A model generated the notes under the pieces. That model searched no databases. It had not been told where the DNA came from and saw nothing but the letters and a program-made list of their open reading frames with translations. Source: Octopus bimaculoides (Eukaryota). Taken from it: DNA of 64,000 nucleotides. This document shows, in pieces, positions 63,996 through 64,000 of the stretch. The translations under genes and the position numbers were made by a program. Position 1 is the first letter of the stretch. Each line of letters opens with the position of its first letter. The stretch spans positions 75,216,064-75,280,063 of the forward strand of contig NC_068989.1 in NCBI RefSeq assembly GCF_001194135.2, given 5' to 3'.

Positions 63996-64000
63996 ATATA

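Overview
AT-rich, gap-containing animal genomic window. The repeat content suggests an octopod cephalopod; this is an inference, not a database match. The only intact protein-coding gene is an importin-5 / karyopherin-beta3 (IPO5/RanBP5) orthologue on the + strand. Twenty-four coding exons (2930-42776) splice in frame into about 945 C-terminal residues; the N-terminal ~155 aa lie upstream of the window. One IPO5 intron (26235-31212) has a U12-type donor (GTATCCTT) and a U12-type branch point (TTTCCTTGAC, 12 nt from the AG). That intron holds a ~62-bp minisatellite that matches the internal repeat module of an RTE LINE 3' UTR. The rest of the window is transposon-derived: several tRNA-headed SINE families (three copies with clear TSDs), RTE LINE ORF and 3' UTR fragments, mariner and pogo/Tc2-like transposase relics, hAT- and piggyBac-type MITEs, Helentron-like elements, and many microsatellites. 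The most unusual signal is a tRNA-headed SINE-like element at 49355-49603 that carries a complete minimal type I hammerhead ribozyme fold of the Penelope-associated kind. A second, decayed hammerhead-like relic lies at 48274-48311 on the minus strand. Exact duplications flanking N-gaps look like assembly artefacts.
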